The position numbers and the translations under genes were made by a program. Below are positions 48,902-59,776 of a DNA stretch of 64,000 nt, one piece after another (the stretch's first letter is position 1; each line of letters begins with the position of its first letter). The DNA comes from Candidatus Cloacimonadales bacterium (GTDB lineage Bacteria; Cloacimonadota; Cloacimonadia; Cloacimonadales; JAFGVF01). Location of the stretch: contig CAXXJV010000002.1 of assembly GCA_963663475.2 (NCBI GenBank), positions 288,001 to 352,000 on the forward strand, read 5' to 3'. The notes under the pieces are model-generated. The model was not told the DNA's origin. It was given only the letters and a program-made list of their open reading frames with translations, and searched no databases.

Positions 48902-51550
48902 ATGAAGAGGACTATATTTATAGGCTTGGTGATGCTGGTTTGTTATGGCTTGTTAGCTGTGCCAGCAGCACCTTTTTTAACAACTTACACGCAAGAAGAT
49001 GGCTCAACATTAGAAATCTATGTTAGAGGAGATGAAAGACTTAATTGGACAGAAACATCAGATGGATATACCTTGTTGACCAAAAACAAAAGTAAATACT
49101 ATGCTGTAAAAGATAGAGATGGCGATTTAGTGGTCTCTGATATTTTAGCAAATGACCCAGCTAATAGAAGTGCAGAAGAAGTCGAGTTTCTCAGGTCTAT
49201 TCCTAAAAAACTAGCTTATAGTAGAGCTCAGATTAATATTGCTAAAGAAATTAGAACTAACAGATTAGGTGGCTTTCCTACATCTGGTGAAAACAATATG
49301 ATCTTAATTTTAGCAAATTTTGCAGATACTAATCCAACCTATTCACAAGCTAATTTTATTAATATGATGAACCAAAATAATTATAGTGGAATTGGCTCTT
49401 TCAAACAATACTATCTTGAAGTATCTTATGGTCAGCTTACTGTTAATACTACAGTTGTTGGTTGGGTAGATGTACCTCATAACCATGATTATTATGGACC
49501 TCAAGATAGATGGTCTGAGTTTGCTCGTGATGCAGTTGAAGCTGCTGACCCACTAGTTGATTATTCTCAGTTTGATAATGATGGTGATGGAAGAGTTGAT
49601 GGTGTAGCTATTTATCATCAAGGAAGGGGACAGGAAACTACAGGTGATACTTCTGATATTTGGTCTCATTCTTTCTCACTTACCTCTGCTGGTTATTATC
49701 TTAATCTTGATGGTGTACAAATAGCTGATTATACTATGCAAGCTGAAAAGCAATACTGGTCAATGGCTGGTATAGGTGTTATTGCTCATGAATTTGGTCA
49801 TAATCTGGGAACTCCTGATTTCTATGATACAGATTATCAAGTAGGTGGAAATCAAGATGGCACAGGTGAATGGGATATCATGGGTTCAGGTGCTTACAAT
49901 GGTGGGGGAGATAGACCTGCTCATCATAACATGTGGACCAAGAAATATTTTGGTTGGGTGCAACCACAAGAGCTTTATTTTGATGCAAGTGTTACAGTGG
50001 CAAGTTCAACTACCTACCCTGTTGCTTATTACTTTACTACACCAGTTAATGGCGAGTATATGCTTATGGAAAATGTTCAACAGACAGGTTTTAATGCTTC
50101 TGTTCCTGGAAATGGACTTCTCATCTGTCATGTTGATGAAAACTGGATTATGTCCCATCTTAACCAAAACAATTTAAATGCAACCTCTCATCAAGGTTTT
50201 TATGTAGTTGCTGCTTCAGGTGGAACAAACTCTTCTACTGCTACTTTCCCAAGTTATTCAGCAACTTCATTTACTGATACTAGTTTCCCTGCTATCCCAT
50301 CATGGGGCAACTATGATGTCTCTAAGGGATTAACAGGAATTACTAAGACAGGTGGGGTTGTGAACTTCAGCTTCTTTGATGATTCTGCATACACCCCGCA
50401 AGTTACCTTTACTAACTTAATGAATAATCAATACTTTAATATCGGAGATGAGATTAATCTTGACCTTGAAATTGCAATGTCTATTGAAGAGATGAATATT
50501 GATATGGTTGAAATTTTTGTTAATGGAACTACTCAACAGGTCCACCTTTCCCAACCCTACAACTATAGTCTAATTCCAACAAGTGAACATTTTGGTCAGA
50601 ATGAAGTCATGGTAAGAGTTTATACAAACTTCCAAACTTATGATACTTACTATTACTTCAATGTCAGTGATGGACAAGAGCGTTTCCTAGACCAATTTGA
50701 GGATTATGAAGATTTCTCATTAAACATGGGAGAATGGCAAAATATTGATAATGATAATCAAGAAACTATTTCTCTTCCTAATTATGATTACTCAAACCAA
50801 ACAGACCCTAAAGCTTTCATGATTTTTAATCCAAATACAACCTTTCCATATATCAGAGAAATTGATGCTTATTCAGGCAATAAAATGGCTGTGGCCTTTA
50901 CTAATTCTACTGAAGTGGCTAATGATGACTGGATGATAAGTCCTGAAATAAATCTATCTGTAGTACTACCTGAAGAAGAAGAATCGCAGATGATGCTTAA
51001 CTTAAATGTCTTGGGAACAGGGGAAGAGGGTGAGCTATTTAATGTACTCTATTCAGAATCTTATCCAGATTATGAAGATTTCATAGCCCTTAATGATAGT
51101 CCTCTTGAAGCTGGTCCAGAATGGACTCAACTCTCTTATAATTTACCAGCTGGACCTATGGTTAAAGTCGCTATCCAAGTTCTTTCAACTGGTGGAAGCT
51201 TTGTTATGGTTGATGATATTTCTCTTATAGAAGTTTTCCCAGTTTCCAATAATGAAAATGAAATAGCAGACCTTACTCCACTTAAAACTTATAATTATCC
51301 AAATCCATTTAATCCTGAAACTACTATTAGTTTTGCTATGAGTGAGGCTGGAAATGCTAAAGTGCAAGTCTTTAATCTTCGTGGTCAATTAGTAAATACT
51401 CTGCTTAATGATCAAGTAGTTGCTGGAAATCAAAGTGTAGTTTGGAATGGTAAAGATTATAATAACAAAGATGTAGCTTCTGGTATTTATTTCTATAGAA
51501 TAAAAACTTCAAAAGCTACAGTTCAAAGAAAAATGATTTTGCAAAAGTAA
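48902..51550 (+). CDS. Secreted M6 (immune inhibitor A-like) metalloprotease with FlgD-Ig/secretion C-terminal domain
   Basis: Signal peptide, FDNDGDGRVD, IWSH, AHEFGHNLGTPDFYD, NYPNPFNPETTI..SGIYFYRI. Confidence 0.9.
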   Translation: MKRTIFIGLVMLVCYGLLAVPAAPFLTTYTQEDGSTLEIYVRGDERLNWTETSDGYTLLTKNKSKYYAVKDRDGDLVVSDILANDPANRSAEEVEFLRSIPKKLAYSRAQINIAKEIRTNRLGGFPTSGENNMILILANFADTNPTYSQANFINMMNQNNYSGIGSFKQYYLEVSYGQLTVNTTVVGWVDVPHNHDYYGPQDRWSEFARDAVEAADPLVDYSQFDNDGDGRVDGVAIYHQGRGQETTGDTSDIWSHSFSLTSAGYYLNLDGVQIADYTMQAEKQYWSMAGIGVIAHEFGHNLGTPDFYDTDYQVGGNQDGTGEWDIMGSGAYNGGGDRPAHHNMWTKKYFGWVQPQELYFDASVTVASSTTYPVAYYFTTPVNGEYMLMENVQQTGFNASVPGNGLLICHVDENWIMSHLNQNNLNATSHQGFYVVAASGGTNSSTATFPSYSATSFTDTSFPAIPSWGNYDVSKGLTGITKTGGVVNFSFFDDSAYTPQVTFTNLMNNQYFNIGDEINLDLEIAMSIEEMNIDMVEIFVNGTTQQVHLSQPYNYSLIPTSEHFGQNEVMVRVYTNFQTYDTYYYFNVSDGQERFLDQFEDYEDFSLNMGEWQNIDNDNQETISLPNYDYSNQTDPKAFMIFNPNTTFPYIREIDAYSGNKMAVAFTNSTEVANDDWMISPEINLSVVLPEEEESQMMLNLNVLGTGEEGELFNVLYSESYPDYEDFIALNDSPLEAGPEWTQLSYNLPAGPMVKVAIQVLSTGGSFVMVDDISLIEVFPVSNNENEIADLTPLKTYNYPNPFNPETTISFAMSEAGNAKVQVFNLRGQLVNTLLNDQVVAGNQSVVWNGKDYNNKDVASGIYFYRIKTSKATVQRKMILQK

Positions 51551-51569
51551 TAATCAGATTAACTTCTGG

Positions 51570-51599
51570 AATCCCTGCTCAAATTGAGCAGGGATTTTT
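51570..51599 (+). terminator. Rho-independent terminator
   Basis: AATCCCTGCTCAA-a-TTGAGCAGGGATT followed by a T run. Confidence 0.8.
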
Positions 51600-51846
51600 C
51601 TATATTATGGATAAATAAGACTCTATATTCTTGTGATTAACAGATGGTTATTACTTTTTCATTAGGGAAAAGAAGCAGAAAAATCTGGGTATGATATATA
51701 AGGTAAATTTGCCTGATATATCTTGTCGATTGGGGGACTATTATTCCTAGAGCTAATAGATGCCTAATCTAGGCCTAATAGCCCCCAATAGACCGTAAAG
51801 TAAATGATTACAATAAATCTTGTGGACCACTTGGAATAAAATGAAA

Positions 51847-52998
51847 TTAATCTACTAAAAGCCTTGGTATTTCTCTAGGTATTCTACTTAAAATTTCATA
51901 ATTTACCTGCTGACTAATCTCACTAAAGGAATCAACTGTTATAGTATGATTTTTTTGATCTCCCACTATCACAACTTCATCACCAACTGAGGCAGAAAAT
52001 AATTGCGTAATATCAGCAATAATCATATTCATGTTAACTAAGCCAATCACAGGACAAGGAATACCATTTATTAGTACTCGACCATGATTGCTCAATGATC
52101 TGCTATAACCATTAGAATAGCCAATAGGAACAATGGCAATTGTCTTTGGCTCAAAAGCAACATAGGAAGTTCCATAACTAATAAATTCACCAATTTTTAC
52201 TTCTTTTATAGCCATAATCTGAGATTTCCAACAAATAACTCTCTTAAGTGGATCTTGCTTGTTTACCCGAGAACTCATAAAACGAAGAAAGGTCTCCTTA
52301 CTAGACCAAAAACCATACTGCATGATACCTACTCTTACCATGTCAAATCTGGCTTCAGGGTAAGATATTGCTCCTGCTGAACAAGCAATATGACAATATT
52401 CTGGGACCATCCCCAACTTAATCATATCAGCCTTATAGCATTTAAGTTTCTTAATCTGACTCTTTACTCTGACATGATTTGCTATACTTTCTGGTCCTGC
52501 TAAATGAGAACATAAGCCCTTAATCTGCAAATAATCAAGATTATTTCTTATTAATTTTAAAGCTTGTTGGAAATCATTATTACTAAAGCCAGTCCTGTTT
52601 AAACCTGTCTCAACCTCAAGATGAATTTTGGCCTTAATCTTGATTTGTTTGGCTATTTCAATTGCCTGCTTTAATCTAGTTGATTCAAAGACAAAAAACT
52701 CATATCCACCCTCAATTGCTTCACTTAAATCTTCTGGAGAAATCCAACCCATTACCATTATATCTGTTTCAGCTTTAACTATCTTTCGTATCCTCTGGGC
52801 TTCTTCAAAATTAAAGGTGGCAAAATGATTAATACCACATTTTTCTACTTCTGGAACAAATTGCTCAATTCCATGACCATAAGCATTGGCCTTTACTACA
52901 GATGATATTCTTACCTTATTTCTAAAATGTTTCTTCAAAAAGTTAATGTTGTTTCTTATTGCACTTGCACTTAAATATATCTTTGTTGAGTAAGTCAT
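51847..52998 (-). CDS. alr: Alanine racemase
   Basis: VVKANAYGHG, HLEVETGLNRTG, DMVRVGI, PIGYSNGY. Confidence 0.95.
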   Translation of the reverse strand: MTYSTKIYLSASAIRNNINFLKKHFRNKVRISSVVKANAYGHGIEQFVPEVEKCGINHFATFNFEEAQRIRKIVKAETDIMVMGWISPEDLSEAIEGGYEFFVFESTRLKQAIEIAKQIKIKAKIHLEVETGLNRTGFSNNDFQQALKLIRNNLDYLQIKGLCSHLAGPESIANHVRVKSQIKKLKCYKADMIKLGMVPEYCHIACSAGAISYPEARFDMVRVGIMQYGFWSSKETFLRFMSSRVNKQDPLKRVICWKSQIMAIKEVKIGEFISYGTSYVAFEPKTIAIVPIGYSNGYSRSLSNHGRVLINGIPCPVIGLVNMNMIIADITQLFSASVGDEVVIVGDQKNHTITVDSFSEISQQVNYEILSRIPREIPRLLVD

Positions 52999-53285
52999 AT
53001 TTCCTTTAAAATTTTTAGGTTAAATCTTTTTCTAGATATTTCTGTAAAATTATTAATGTGATAAGGCTATTATTGAATTATTGATAATAGCACCTAGCTG
53101 TTATTTACTTTATATATGTAATTTTTAATTTATCTAATAAATGAAATACTTTAAAAAAAGACGTCAAGTAATTATTTAATTTTTTTCTCGAAAAACAAAG
53201 AAAGTAAAATTAATCCTTGACATATAACTATAATTAGAAAATATTATACCTAGAGTTTATTAAAAAGACTAACAAAGGAGTAAAT

Positions 53286-54656
53286 ATGAACTTAAATGAA
53301 CTAAAATCTCTCCTAAATGGATATGGCGAGTTAAGGTACCAAGTTAATAATAATGCAGCCCTAATGCTTTCAAATGGAACATTAGTGCATAATGCCAGCA
53401 GTGAAAATAAAGGTTTCTCTGCTCGTACCTTAAATGGAAGTGGTTGGGGATTTGCCTCTACTTCTCAACTGAATCCTGATAAGATTAAAGAAACTATCAA
53501 ACAAGCACAAAGAAATGCAGATTTTCTTAATTTCAAGCAAAAACGTAAAGATTTACTTATCCCATCAAGGCCAATATCCTTACATAGAGATTTATCTACA
53601 AGTAACAATAAATTATCTTCAAGAGAAAAAATTGATTACATAAGTGAACTCTCCAACTACATTAGAGGTAAGTATAAGGATATTCCTACTGTTAGAATTA
53701 TCGTAAATGAAGAGAAGGTTGAAAAGATGGTTTCGACCACTGATAATTCAGATTTTCATACTATCATACCTAGAGCACATATTATATGTTCCTTTATAAT
53801 GCCTAGTGATGGTGGGATGATAACAGAAACATGCCGTATAGGTGGTCTAGGAGAATTTGAAGATTATTATCAAAACTTAGAGCAACTATACAAGGAGATC
53901 GATGAAGCTTATGGTCATTTAATTAATAAAAAAACAGCTGTTTTTGCCAAAGCTGGACTACAAGATGTTATCTTAGATTCACAGTTAGCAGGTATTTTAG
54001 CTCATGAGGCCATAGGCCATACAACAGAGGCTGATATTGTGCGTGGTGGCTCAATAATGGAAGACTTGATGGATCAACCAGTAGCTTCAGAACTCGTTAA
54101 TTTAATAGATGTTGCTCATACTTATGATGGAAAGCTTTGTCCAAGACCTGTATTTGTTGATGATGAAGGTGTAGATCCAATTACTGCCAATATCATAGAA
54201 AATGGTATTTTAAAGGGCTTCATGCATAATAAGGCTTCAGCAGCAGCTTATGGTCATCAAGTTACAGGTAATGCTAGAGCAAGTCAATATAGTGATGAAC
54301 CAATTATTAGAATGAGAAATACTATGATTGTACCAGGGAAAGATAAGCTAGATGATATGATAAGATCCATTAAAGATGGTTATTATTTAATCAATCCAAA
54401 TAATGGACAAGCTGATAAAACTTCTGAGTTTATGTTTGGTGTTGTTCGTGGTTATGAAATCAAGAATGGAAAACTTGCTAAGGCAATAAAAGAAACAACT
54501 ATTTCTGGTATTGCAGTAGAACTTTTAAAAAGTATAACTGCTATTTCAGATGATTTAACCTGGTCTGGTGGTGGTACATGTGGAAAGAAACAAGGAATTG
54601 CTGTCGGAATGGGCGGACCTGCTATCAAGTGTAAAGTTAATATTGGAGGTAAATAA
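53286..54656 (+). CDS. tldD: TldD metalloprotease
   Basis: LAHEAIGHTTEAD, DDEG, RMRNT, CGK.Q...GMGGP. Confidence 0.93.
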   Translation: MNLNELKSLLNGYGELRYQVNNNAALMLSNGTLVHNASSENKGFSARTLNGSGWGFASTSQLNPDKIKETIKQAQRNADFLNFKQKRKDLLIPSRPISLHRDLSTSNNKLSSREKIDYISELSNYIRGKYKDIPTVRIIVNEEKVEKMVSTTDNSDFHTIIPRAHIICSFIMPSDGGMITETCRIGGLGEFEDYYQNLEQLYKEIDEAYGHLINKKTAVFAKAGLQDVILDSQLAGILAHEAIGHTTEADIVRGGSIMEDLMDQPVASELVNLIDVAHTYDGKLCPRPVFVDDEGVDPITANIIENGILKGFMHNKASAAAYGHQVTGNARASQYSDEPIIRMRNTMIVPGKDKLDDMIRSIKDGYYLINPNNGQADKTSEFMFGVVRGYEIKNGKLAKAIKETTISGIAVELLKSITAISDDLTWSGGGTCGKKQGIAVGMGGPAIKCKVNIGGK

Positions 54657-55945
54657 TGAAGATTAGAGATATTGCTAAACTTAGCTTAGATAAATTACTA
54701 GCTCTTGGGGCTGATAAGGCTTCAGTACAAGTTAAGAGAGACTTTTCTTCGGAACTACAAAAAGAATTTAATGGTATTGACCTGTTCAGAGATGTAGATG
54801 CAATTGAAGTGGAAATGAAGGTTATTAAAGATGATAGAAGAGGAGTGCATACTTTTACTTTTTCATCTGAAGAGGATATTGATAAAAATGCTAACAAGAC
54901 CTTTAAATCAGCCTCTGAATCAAATCAAGATAAAGCTTATGGAATGGCTAAAGGAGTTAAGTATAGCCAGAAGTTTGGTATAGAAAATCCTGATACAGAT
55001 TCTATGTATAAGCTTCTTGCAGACTTTGAACAAGAAAAAGAGGATAAATTTCCACAAATAACAGACACAACGTCTGTAGTTTTTCATAAAGAAGAAATAT
55101 GTTATATGAACAATTATGATTCAGAAATAACTTACAGTAATGGCTACTATCACATTCTTTCTCTATTTTCAGCTGCAGAAAAAGATAAACACTCTTCTAT
55201 GAATTACACTTACCAACCATGTCTTCAGTTACCTGAATCTATTCTAGCTCTTAACAAGTTTAACCAAGATTATCAAGATACTATCAAACAACTCAATCCT
55301 CACTCTCTAGCTGACAAATTTACAGGTGAAGTAATTCTTACACCTCAAGTTTTTTGCCAGTTAGCTGGTCATATACTTGGAGAAGTGCAAGGCTTGAGTC
55401 TGGTAGATAAAAATTCTCTCTTCCAGGAAAAAATACAAGATAAAATCTTTGATTCCAAACTAAGTCTCAGAACTTTAGCTAACCATCCAGACCTTGTAAA
55501 TAAAGATATTTTCACTGCTGAAGGTTATCTTAATAGAGATGATTTCATAATTGAAAATGGAATACTAAAAAACTTTATTGTTTCAGAATATGTAGCTAAT
55601 CGTAGTGAGTTTGCAATGAATAATATTGCTTCAGAAGCTTTTGAAGTTCAAGCAGGTTCTGATAATTTACAAGATATGATTAAATCAGTCAAAAAAGGTG
55701 TCATAGTTCATGGAATATCTTCTGGTAATCCCAATAAAAATAAGGATTTCTCAGGTGTTATTAAAAACTCTTATTATGTTGAAGATGGTCAAATCAAATA
55801 CCCTATAAATGAAGCTATGATAACAGCTAATATTGTAGAAATGTTCAATAATATTGTCTCAATATCTCAAGAAAGAGAAAGTGTATTCGGTTCCTGTATT
55901 GTTCCTTGGATGAAAATATCTGGAGTTAATATCGCAGGTAAATAA
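54656..55945 (+). CDS. pmbA: TldE/PmbA partner subunit
   Basis: Coupled to tldD, same fold (IIENGILKNF) without HExxxH. Confidence 0.85.
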   Translation: MKIRDIAKLSLDKLLALGADKASVQVKRDFSSELQKEFNGIDLFRDVDAIEVEMKVIKDDRRGVHTFTFSSEEDIDKNANKTFKSASESNQDKAYGMAKGVKYSQKFGIENPDTDSMYKLLADFEQEKEDKFPQITDTTSVVFHKEEICYMNNYDSEITYSNGYYHILSLFSAAEKDKHSSMNYTYQPCLQLPESILALNKFNQDYQDTIKQLNPHSLADKFTGEVILTPQVFCQLAGHILGEVQGLSLVDKNSLFQEKIQDKIFDSKLSLRTLANHPDLVNKDIFTAEGYLNRDDFIIENGILKNFIVSEYVANRSEFAMNNIASEAFEVQAGSDNLQDMIKSVKKGVIVHGISSGNPNKNKDFSGVIKNSYYVEDGQIKYPINEAMITANIVEMFNNIVSISQERESVFGSCIVPWMKISGVNIAGK

Positions 55946-55959
55946 ATTATCATAAAAAC

Positions 55960-55984
55960 TAAGCCCATGATTTGCATGGGCTTA
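55960..55984. terminator. Hairpin between convergent genes (probable bidirectional terminator)
   Basis: TAAGCCCATG-atttg-CATGGGCTTA. Confidence 0.65.
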
Positions 55985-55997
55985 ATCTACTTTAAGT

Positions 55998-57956
55998 CTA
56001 TGGTAGAGAATTATTACATGCCTTTACTCGGAAAAACTTGTACTTTTCAGGAAGATCATAAATATAACCTTGATAAGGGGTAATGATAATAGGTTCCCAA
56101 GCATTATTAGATAGATCACTTGATGCTCGAATTTCATAGAATTCTGCATAAGGAATATGTTCCCAGCGTAGGACATTGTGAGAGTTTTCCCTGCTTATAC
56201 TTAGCTGGGGATTCGCTAGGTTAACATAAACATCTTGAGGAGAAGTGTAAATTGTAAAGTCAGTTATTCTTGGTCTAGCTAACTGACTATGTGCCACAAA
56301 ATTGAATTGTAATTTAAAGTTTACACCAAGATACTGTTGAGGTATATCAATATTCCTAATAACATATTGATTTATTAATACACCCTCATCATCTTGAAAA
56401 GTAATATTGTCATCTGTGTTAATTGAAGAAATAGTTGTCCAGTTAATTGAATGATAAGGAGAACTATCTTGTCCAATTTGTATTAGAAGAGGATTAAAAG
56501 TCATAGTAGAACTTGGAATCATTAGTTTGAATTGTACTGTCAAATGCGAATCTGAATAAAAACTAGGTGTTACTAAACTCATGATATGAGCAGTTGTATC
56601 AAAAGAAGGAGAACGTGCCCATGATTTATTGTTTGAATCAAATACCTGTGTCCAAGCAGCAGATACCCAGTTTAAAGGAGGCCATTCGCTAAAATCTTGT
56701 TGATAGGGGAAACTACTAATGCTAGGATTTGGACAATCAGCAGATAAAGTCATCAGAATTTGAGTTGGTTCACCAGGAGAAACTCCTCCATCCTCAGAAA
56801 ATTCATAGGTTACGGCAGAGTTCATATAACCATATTCGTAAGCATAAAAGTCTATAGAAAATGAATATGAATATCCCTCAGGCAAAGTTATATCAGATTG
56901 GGAACTATTTAAGAAAAAGTTATTCGGTGAAATTGGGTTTACAGCAATTGCTAAGTTTTCTATTGATAGTTCATAAGTAGAGTAATTGGTAATAACAACA
57001 TCTTGGTTGTAAGTTAAATTGATTAATCCATTTTCAATATCCCAGGTTTCTGGAGAAACATTTAAGTGAGGTTGGCTAATATTCTCTCTAATAAAGAAGT
57101 TATCAAGATATAGTTTAGGATTATTACTAGTACCAAAAAAAGAATAATAGAAATGGTATAAATTATAAGTAAATTTTACATAGAAAGTTCCAGGATAGTT
57201 AGCTAAGTCAATTGTTACTTTATTATATTGATCATTTAAGTTATCATCGTAGCAGGACAATAGGTTTATTTCTTGAAAATTAATATTATCATATGAAATA
57301 TAGCTTGTCAAGAAGCTTGGATCTTGACTAGCACTATCACCTAATTGAAAGTCACTTAATCTATAATAAAATACCACTTGGTTACTAGACAAGTTTGCTC
57401 CAATAGCATTGCTTGTCTGGAAACTACCTGATAAAGCACTTGTGGCGATGCCAGAAGAATTCTGGATACCTTGATCATTAGACATGAGAATATTACCAGT
57501 AAATCCATTAATATCATTAATAAAGTTTCTATATGGTATGCTATCAGAAGCACTAGATTTAGTCTGAAAACTCCAAATAGGGCAATTAAGGGCATCACCA
57601 TTATCAACATGATATGGGACTACCTGCCAATAATAAGTCTGATTTAACTCTAAATTTATATCTGGATAGAAACTTAAAACATTGCCTAAATCCACTCCAT
57701 TTACTAAATTACTTGGACTTGTCTCCCCTTGCCCATCGCTTCCTAAATAGAATCTATAACCTGTTAGACTACCACTAGCTTCTTGCCAGGCAAAAACTGG
57801 AGACTCTGTAACTTGATTTGCATTAAGTCCTGGGTAGCGCAGACTAGTAGGAGAGGGAGGATTTTCTCTAAATTGTCCGTGAAGTGAGGTAAAAGGAAGT
57901 GAAAATATGCTTATAAGAGAATAGAAAACAATAAAAGTAATAGTTAATTTTTTCAT
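55998..57956 (-). CDS. Secreted multi-domain protein (FN3/Ig-like domains)
   Basis: Signal peptide; LNQTYYWQVVPY..CPIWSFQT; C-terminal KFFRVKA. Confidence 0.7.
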   Translation of the reverse strand: MKKLTITFIVFYSLISIFSLPFTSLHGQFRENPPSPTSLRYPGLNANQVTESPVFAWQEASGSLTGYRFYLGSDGQGETSPSNLVNGVDLGNVLSFYPDINLELNQTYYWQVVPYHVDNGDALNCPIWSFQTKSSASDSIPYRNFINDINGFTGNILMSNDQGIQNSSGIATSALSGSFQTSNAIGANLSSNQVVFYYRLSDFQLGDSASQDPSFLTSYISYDNINFQEINLLSCYDDNLNDQYNKVTIDLANYPGTFYVKFTYNLYHFYYSFFGTSNNPKLYLDNFFIRENISQPHLNVSPETWDIENGLINLTYNQDVVITNYSTYELSIENLAIAVNPISPNNFFLNSSQSDITLPEGYSYSFSIDFYAYEYGYMNSAVTYEFSEDGGVSPGEPTQILMTLSADCPNPSISSFPYQQDFSEWPPLNWVSAAWTQVFDSNNKSWARSPSFDTTAHIMSLVTPSFYSDSHLTVQFKLMIPSSTMTFNPLLIQIGQDSSPYHSINWTTISSINTDDNITFQDDEGVLINQYVIRNIDIPQQYLGVNFKLQFNFVAHSQLARPRITDFTIYTSPQDVYVNLANPQLSISRENSHNVLRWEHIPYAEFYEIRASSDLSNNAWEPIIITPYQGYIYDLPEKYKFFRVKACNNSLP

Positions 57957-58070
57957 AAAACCTTCTTTTTATTTTAATTACGTACTAAATCATTTATATA
58001 AGGAAGTAATTAAACTGTCAAGAAAAATAAACTTGACAGTATTTATCAGTAAAAAATATTTGATTTAAGA

Positions 58071-58106
58071 ACATACCAAGAGTATGTAAAATACCGTGAG
58101 TATGTT
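58071..58106. promoter_or_regulatory. Tandem palindromic TetR-type operators
   Basis: ACATAC-N5-GTATGT and AATAC-N5-GTATG just downstream of TTGACA (58033). Confidence 0.65.
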
Positions 58107-58145
58107 AATAAGTTATTGAAAAATAATATTATAAAAGAGGATAGT

Positions 58146-58850
58146 ATGAATAGAAGAGAAAAACAAACAGCTAAGACAATTGCTGATATTATTAAGGTGG
58201 CTGAGAAATTGTTTATCCAGAAAGGTTTTGAAGAGACTTCAGTTCAAGAGATTGCTGAAAAGTGTGGCATGACTAAAGGTGCCTTTTATCATCATTTTAA
58301 ATCAAAGGATCATGTCTTAGAGAAAATGCTTACTGATCATCACCAAGAGATTATAAAAGCAGTTCAACCAATTCTGCAAAATACCCAAGCAGACTTAGTT
58401 AGTAGGGTTAATATGGTTATCAAAATTATGAGAAAAGTAGGAAAACAAAAGTCATCTTTTTTAGCTGAATATCTTAGGATAAGAAGGAGTGATGGTAATA
58501 TAGTTTTAAAAGAAAGATTAAAGAAATATGATAAGAAAGTCTATCTTGAAGTAATTGCTCCTATTCTGGAAGAAGGACGAAACAAAGGCGAATGTAGTTT
58601 TACAGGACCAGCCCAAGTAATAGCTATATTAATCTTTCAACTAGATAAAGGAATAACAGAAGAATTAAACTTCATTTTTGCTCAAGAAGATAAAGAGAAA
58701 GCTCAAGAATATTCAAAGTCTATAATGGAGAATTTTGTTATGATACTAGCTAAATTACTTGGTACAAGCCAAGAAGATATGAAGAAAATGATTGATTATG
58801 ATAATGCAATTCTTTTCTTTAAAGAAATATTAAAGTCTGAGGATAAATAA
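58146..58850 (+). CDS. TetR/AcrR family regulator
   Basis: LFIQKGFEETSVQEIAEKCGMTKGAFYHHFKSKD. Confidence 0.93.
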   Translation: MNRREKQTAKTIADIIKVAEKLFIQKGFEETSVQEIAEKCGMTKGAFYHHFKSKDHVLEKMLTDHHQEIIKAVQPILQNTQADLVSRVNMVIKIMRKVGKQKSSFLAEYLRIRRSDGNIVLKERLKKYDKKVYLEVIAPILEEGRNKGECSFTGPAQVIAILIFQLDKGITEELNFIFAQEDKEKAQEYSKSIMENFVMILAKLLGTSQEDMKKMIDYDNAILFFKEILKSEDK

Positions 58851-59765
58851 ATGAAAAGATACCTAATTATTACTTTAATATTTTGTCTTTTTCTGTCTCT
58901 TTTTGGAAACACTAATAAAGTAAACTTCATTCCATTAATGCAATATGAACACTTAAATTATGGTGGCCAGACTGTTTATTCACCTGCAGGGGGACTGCTA
59001 GTTACGGGGTCTAATTTTCAGGTGATAGGTATTTACTCAAATTACCATTTTAAAAATGATTTATCAAATAGTTACCCTGATCAATTCCACACACTAGATT
59101 TCTTAGCTGAGTCCTTTAGGGGAAGACACCACTTTGTAAGTCTCTTAAAGAGTGAATCTGATAAGCCTATCAGTGGTGGACTTCACACTTTTCAGTTGGC
59201 TTCTGTATGGGGTTATGAAATAGTAAGTAGGGAAAATTTCCAGTTTGTTTTAGGTAGCGGTATAGGCATTAGTGATTTTGGAATTGACATGTCTAATGGT
59301 AAACCTTTACCTCTAATTCCCTTACCTTTAATCAGAATGAAATCAAACTCTAAATGGTTGAATACTAAATTAGATTTTATAACAGGACCTAACTTTGAGT
59401 TTATTATTACTCCTCAAAAACAGACTAGATTAAAAGGAGATTTTAGAATTGATAATTTAAGAGATGAAAGGGATATAATCTTTGATTTATCAGGTCATTA
59501 TCGTTTCTTCTCATCAACTAGCTCAATGGGAGATTTTGCTGGTTTAGCCATAGGACTAGCCAATAATAATATTGCTTTTGATTTAGCTGAAAAGGATGAG
59601 ATTTTTGATTATCATTACTACAGCTTATATTCAGAATTAGATTTAAGTTTTTTGAAGATTAGTGGAGCTTATACTTTCAAAAATAGAGAAATGTATCGTG
59701 AAGAAGAAAAGATTAACTTTGATGATGGCTTTACTTTTTCTATTCAGGCTCTTTATCAATTCTAA
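58851..59765 (+). CDS. Putative outer-membrane beta-barrel protein
   Basis: Signal peptide, C-terminal FSIQALYQF. Confidence 0.6.
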   Translation: MKRYLIITLIFCLFLSLFGNTNKVNFIPLMQYEHLNYGGQTVYSPAGGLLVTGSNFQVIGIYSNYHFKNDLSNSYPDQFHTLDFLAESFRGRHHFVSLLKSESDKPISGGLHTFQLASVWGYEIVSRENFQFVLGSGIGISDFGIDMSNGKPLPLIPLPLIRMKSNSKWLNTKLDFITGPNFEFIITPQKQTRLKGDFRIDNLRDERDIIFDLSGHYRFFSSTSSMGDFAGLAIGLANNNIAFDLAEKDEIFDYHYYSLYSELDLSFLKISGAYTFKNREMYREEEKINFDDGFTFSIQALYQF

Positions 59766-59776
59766 GGAAAGCAAAA

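Noticed and set aside
51730-51790. Imperfect palindrome TTGGGGGACTATTA...TAATAGCCCCCAA as ncRNA
   Set aside because: Only a degenerate hairpin between convergent genes; probably a repeat remnant, with no other support
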